Shown piece after piece: positions 61,736 to 64,000 of a stretch of 64,000 bases of DNA (the first letter of the stretch is position 1; each line of letters opens with the position of its first letter). The notes beneath the pieces were generated by a model, which saw only the letters and a list, made by a program, of their open reading frames with translations, was not told the origin of the DNA and did not search any database. The position numbers and the translations under genes are program-made. Location: positions 3,734-67,733 of the forward strand of contig DUEH01000003.1 of the NCBI GenBank assembly GCA_011192195.1, given 5' to 3'. The stretch comes from Chloroflexota bacterium. Lineage in GTDB: Bacteria; Chloroflexota; Anaerolineae; 4572-78.

Positions 61736-62716
61736 TCAGGCAAAAAAGCTGCGCGCGGCGGCGATGATTTTTTCTTCGCTGGGTATTGCGGCTAATTCCA
61801 AAGTTTCATTGTACGGCATCGGCACATCTTCAGATGTGACTCGTACAATGGGGCCGTCCAAATAATCAAAAACCTCTTCACAGGCGCGGGTCACAATCTC
61901 AGCCGCAAATCCGCCGGTGCGAACTCCTTCGTTGACAACCACGAGTCGGTTGGTTTTTTTAGCCGATTCGGCAATGGTTTCCATATCCAGAGGATTCAGC
62001 GTGCGCGGGTCGACAACCTCTACTTCAATGCCCTCTTTTGACAACTTCTCCGCGGCGTCAAGAGCCAAAAGAACCATGCGCGAAGTAGCCACAATGGTTA
62101 CATCGCTTCCGGCGCGCTTCACTTCCGCCTTGCCAATAGGGATAAGATATTCGCCTTCCGGAACCGGCCCTTTAGTGTTGTAGAGCAGTTTGTGTTCAAT
62201 AAACACAACCGGATTATTGTTGCGGATGGCGGATTTAAGCAGCCCTTTTGCATCTTTGGGCGTTGAAGGCTGCACCACAACAAGGCCGGGTATGTGAGCG
62301 TACCACGCTTCCAGGCTTTGCGAGTGCTGGGCTGCATTGCCGCGCCCCGCGCCGCCCTGAGTGCGTATTACAAGGGGGACGCTCGCCTTGCCGCCAAACA
62401 TATAACAAGCCTTGGCTGCCTGATTTACAATGGGGTCAATAGCCAGGCTACTGAAGTCAATGTACATTATTTCCGCAATCGGGCGCAAACCGACTAACGC
62501 CGCGCCAACCCCCATCGAGACAAAGCCTTCTTCCACAATCGGGGTGTCCAACGCCCTCATTTTACCAAAACGCTCGTAAAGACCTTCGGAAATTTTGAGC
62601 GGGCCGCCGTAAAGCCCCACATCTTCTCCCATGATAAAAACGTTTGGGTCTCTCTCCATTTCTTCGTGGAGCGCTTCATTCAGCGCTTTTCTATATTGCA
62701 GTATACGTTCTGCCAT
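61736..62716 (-). CDS. 2-oxoacid/acetoin dehydrogenase E1 component, beta subunit
   Basis: 326 aa. 'VFIMGEDVGLYGGPLKISEGL...RALDTPIVEEGF' is a typical E1-beta sequence. Confidence 0.9.
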   Translation of the reverse strand: MAERILQYRKALNEALHEEMERDPNVFIMGEDVGLYGGPLKISEGLYERFGKMRALDTPIVEEGFVSMGVGAALVGLRPIAEIMYIDFSSLAIDPIVNQAAKACYMFGGKASVPLVIRTQGGAGRGNAAQHSQSLEAWYAHIPGLVVVQPSTPKDAKGLLKSAIRNNNPVVFIEHKLLYNTKGPVPEGEYLIPIGKAEVKRAGSDVTIVATSRMVLLALDAAEKLSKEGIEVEVVDPRTLNPLDMETIAESAKKTNRLVVVNEGVRTGGFAAEIVTRACEEVFDYLDGPIVRVTSEDVPMPYNETLELAAIPSEEKIIAAARSFFA

Positions 62717-62728
62717 AATGGTTTTCTC

Positions 62729-63694
62729 CTATGCGTAAACATCGTCCCAAAGCGTCTTGAGTTCCGGTTCCGGGCTGCTGAGGGCAAATTCGACGGCTTC
62801 TTCACATATTTGCCGGGCTTCGTTCTCGATGGCGGTGAGTTCCTCTGGTAAAAGGATGCTCTCTTTCAGTAAACATTTTCCCATACGGGGAAGCGGGTCG
62901 TGCTTGTCATCCTTCCAGATGTCCACTTCGCCCTTTTTGCGGTAGGTCAACGGGTCGCCAATAGTGTGCCCCTCAATACGATAGGTTTTGGCAACTATCA
63001 GGGTGGGGCCGTCGCCTCTGCGGGCGCGGGCGACAGCCTCCCCGGTTGCTTCATAAACAGCCAATACATCGTTTCCGTTGACATTAATGCCCGGAAAACC
63101 AAATGGCAAGGCGCGCTTTGTTAAATCAGTGTCCGCCAAAAATTGTTCGGCATAGCTGAACTCGGAAAATTGATTTTGTTCGCAGACGTAAATCAGGGGT
63201 AATTTCCACAGCGCGGCCATATTAGCCGTCTCGTAAAAGACGCCTTGGTTGATAGCCCCATCGCCAAAAAAGCTGACGGCAACGCTCCTGTCGCCCCGAT
63301 ACTTGCCGGCATACGCCGCCCCGGCAGCCAGTCCGATGCCGCCGCCCACAATACCGTTGGCTCCCAGGATACCCAGGTCAAGGTCGGCAATGTGCATAGA
63401 GCCTCCCTTTCCTTTGCAGTACCCTGTGGCGCGCCCCAGCAACTCGGCCATCATCGCTTTGGGGTCGCCCCCCTTGGCCAGACAGTGACCGTGCCCCCGG
63501 TGGGTGCTTGTAATATAGTCATCCTTATTCAAGGCGCTGCAGACGCCAACGGCGATTGCTTCCTCGCCGATGTACATATGAGTTGTGCCGCGCATCATAT
63601 TCTTCATAAACAGTTCCCGCGCTTTTTCTTCAAAGGCGCGGATTAGCCACATACGGCGGTACATCTCTATCTTTTGTTCATTACTTATCGACAT
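62729..63694 (-). CDS. 2-oxoacid/acetoin dehydrogenase E1 component, alpha subunit (TPP-binding)
   Basis: 'YRRMWLIRAFEEKA', 'THRGHGHCLAKG', 'FFGDGAINQG' and 'YRIEGHTIGD'. Start at 'MSISNEQK'. Confidence 0.9.
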   Translation of the reverse strand: MSISNEQKIEMYRRMWLIRAFEEKARELFMKNMMRGTTHMYIGEEAIAVGVCSALNKDDYITSTHRGHGHCLAKGGDPKAMMAELLGRATGYCKGKGGSMHIADLDLGILGANGIVGGGIGLAAGAAYAGKYRGDRSVAVSFFGDGAINQGVFYETANMAALWKLPLIYVCEQNQFSEFSYAEQFLADTDLTKRALPFGFPGINVNGNDVLAVYEATGEAVARARRGDGPTLIVAKTYRIEGHTIGDPLTYRKKGEVDIWKDDKHDPLPRMGKCLLKESILLPEELTAIENEARQICEEAVEFALSSPEPELKTLWDDVYA

Positions 63695-63716
63695 AAATTC
63701 CTCTCTTGGAAATAAG

Positions 63717-63790
63717 CCCTCCCTCAATCCCTCCCAAAGGGAGGGAGGCTCGAGTTCCCTCTCCTTTTGGGAGAGGGTTAGGGAGAGGTC
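63717..63790. repeat. C/G-rich double-hairpin element
   Basis: ccctccc-aaa-gggaggg (63729-63745) and ccctctcc-tttt-gggagaggg (63756-63776) between complementary outer flanks. The architecture matches 28582-28646. Confidence 0.85.
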
Positions 63791-63839
63791 CGAATTTTCA
63801 TTGTCGTTGTCGTCCTGCCAGGGACTGTTTGACTCTTTA

Positions 63840-64000
63840 TTATTTCAAAACCCTATGCGCGGCATCGACCACATGGTTCGCGCTCATACCGTATTTTTCA
63901 AACAGTTCATGCGGGGCGCCTGATTCGGCAAACGTGTCGGGTACGCCAACACGGACAACCGGAACCGGTTTGTGTTCTGCCAGAAATTCAGCCACTGCGC
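63840..64000 (-). CDS. Transketolase C-terminal-subunit-like protein (3' end only; continues beyond the window)
   Basis: The minus-strand frame is open to the window edge and ends '...VGVPDTFAESGAPHELFEKYGMSANHVVDAAHRVLK*', which is typical of split transketolase C-terminal subunits. Confidence 0.75.
   Translation of the reverse strand, partial: AVAEFLAEHKPVPVVRVGVPDTFAESGAPHELFEKYGMSANHVVDAAHRVLK

Noticed and set aside
1-64000. tRNA, rRNA, tmRNA or other standard RNA genes
   Set aside because: Reading the intergenic regions by eye, I found no cloverleaf-compatible or rRNA-like sequence. All sizeable spacers are accounted for by the repeat and hairpin families. A tRNAscan/Infernal run would be needed to be certain.

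Overview
Densely coding chromosomal window with about 55 intact CDS, 6 gene remnants and no rRNA, tRNA, CRISPR array or cas genes that I could see. By impression only, the host is an anaerobic, monoderm-type saccharolytic bacterium, possibly Chloroflexota/Anaerolineae-like. Supporting features are an LPXTG sorting signal, lipobox and LysM-anchored binding proteins, an AOR and a corrinoid protein. I cannot verify the taxonomy without a search. Gene content in order: (1) a 5'-truncated hybrid histidine kinase. (2) A GntR-linked cluster with a LysM-fused sugar-binding protein, two permeases, a Zn-dehydrogenase, an FGGY kinase and a DhnA-type aldolase. (3) A LysM/zinc-ribbon surface protein, Usp, a K+ channel, a beta-hydroxyacid dehydrogenase and two-subunit aconitase-X. 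(4) A NarL-type two-component pair plus an orphan receiver. (5) A nucleotide-scavenging block: BMP-type nucleoside ABC importer, deoB, and an LPXTG-anchored 5'-nucleotidase. (6) A decayed mobile patch with a transposase fragment. (7) An SNF2 helicase with a YqhG-like partner. (8) A 16-kb co-directional L-rhamnose locus. It holds a DeoR regulator, an ABC importer, a triplicated RhaS-type binding protein, rhaM, rhaI, rhaB and a class II aldolase. A corrinoid protein, a URO-D-family enzyme and an aldehyde:ferredoxin oxidoreductase are interleaved with these genes. (9) SDR/MBL/SDR/cupin genes and an acetoin/pyruvate-dehydrogenase-like E1-E2 operon containing a LacI gene. My top candidate for an undescribed system is the corrinoid + URO-D pair, with the AOR, embedded in the rhamnose operon; I read it as a possible anaerobic methyl-deoxyhexose demethylation and ferredoxin-linked lactaldehyde oxidation route. 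The most striking non-genic signal is that almost every intergenic spacer holds long imperfect hairpins. Their arms are degenerate tandem 7- or 8-nt repeats of many sequence classes. Several are clamped by a conserved TGAAAAT...ATTTTCA pair directly upstream of the Shine-Dalgarno sequence. Other interspersed repeat families are also present, and some abut truncated genes.
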